Shown piece after piece: positions 63,836 through 64,000 of a stretch of DNA of 64,000 bases. This DNA is from a phage. Within the stretch, counting starts at the first letter, position 1. The number at the start of each line of letters is the position of its first letter. The stretch lies in the sequence record PV419677.1. One strand, written 5' to 3'. Under the pieces are notes generated by a model that saw only the letters and a list, made by a program, of their open reading frames with translations, searched no databases and was not told the DNA's origin. Made by a program: the position numbers and the translations under genes.

Positions 63836-64000
63836 AGGAAATCACTCCTTGGTAGTTCCAGGTTTTAATAACTTCTTCATCGTTGGCGGTTGCATACGGG
63901 ACATAAATCTGAATAAGGAAACCTGTGTCATCGAAAGAGAAATAAACCGTCGGTTTGATTCCATGAATCTCAGATAGAGCATAGATATCTTTAAGGTCTT
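63815..64000 (-). CDS. hypothetical protein, 5'-truncated at window edge
   Basis: open frame from window end to TAA at 63815..63817; protein-like composition. Confidence 0.3.

Noticed and set aside
1-64000. Recurring GGACCC-TTCG-GGTCC-like hairpins considered as possible tRNA or small RNA genes
   Set aside because: Too short for tRNAs and each is followed by a U-run directly after a stop codon; interpreted as intrinsic terminators with UUCG tetraloops

Overview
This 64 kb window is a contiguous segment of a T4-like (T-even, Tevenvirinae) myovirus genome. All calls rest on reading the ORF track and sequence by eye plus recalled T4 gene order and protein lengths; no database search was run. 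Three blocks are recognisable: (1) minus-strand early genes 32-segG-like-59-33-dsbA-rnh; (2) the plus-strand late long-tail-fibre operon 34-35-36-37-38-t with TATAAATA late promoters; (3) a long minus-strand early/middle block asiA-arn-motA-52-ndd-rIIB-rIIA-39-dexA-dda-modA/B-like-soc-56-61-sp-dmd-41-40-uvsX-imm-43-regA-62-44-45-rpbA-46-47-55, interleaved with variable islands of small ORFs. The strongest unusual feature is the DNA polymerase gene 43: it is split by a free-standing GIY-YIG homing endonuclease gene into 43A (507 aa) and 43B, and 43B is further interrupted by a 231-nt ORF-less candidate group I intron with recognisable P1 and P7 pairings. Other points of interest are two families of repeated early promoter/leader cassettes, five homing endonuclease genes, a T2-type gp37 (C-terminal chaperone domain) plus Gly-rich gp38 adhesin, and the absence of T4 DNA-modification genes (beta-gt/42, alpha-gt, dam) from their syntenic slots. 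Hand-derived coordinates for ORFs under 60 aa and for regulatory elements may be off by 1-2 nt.
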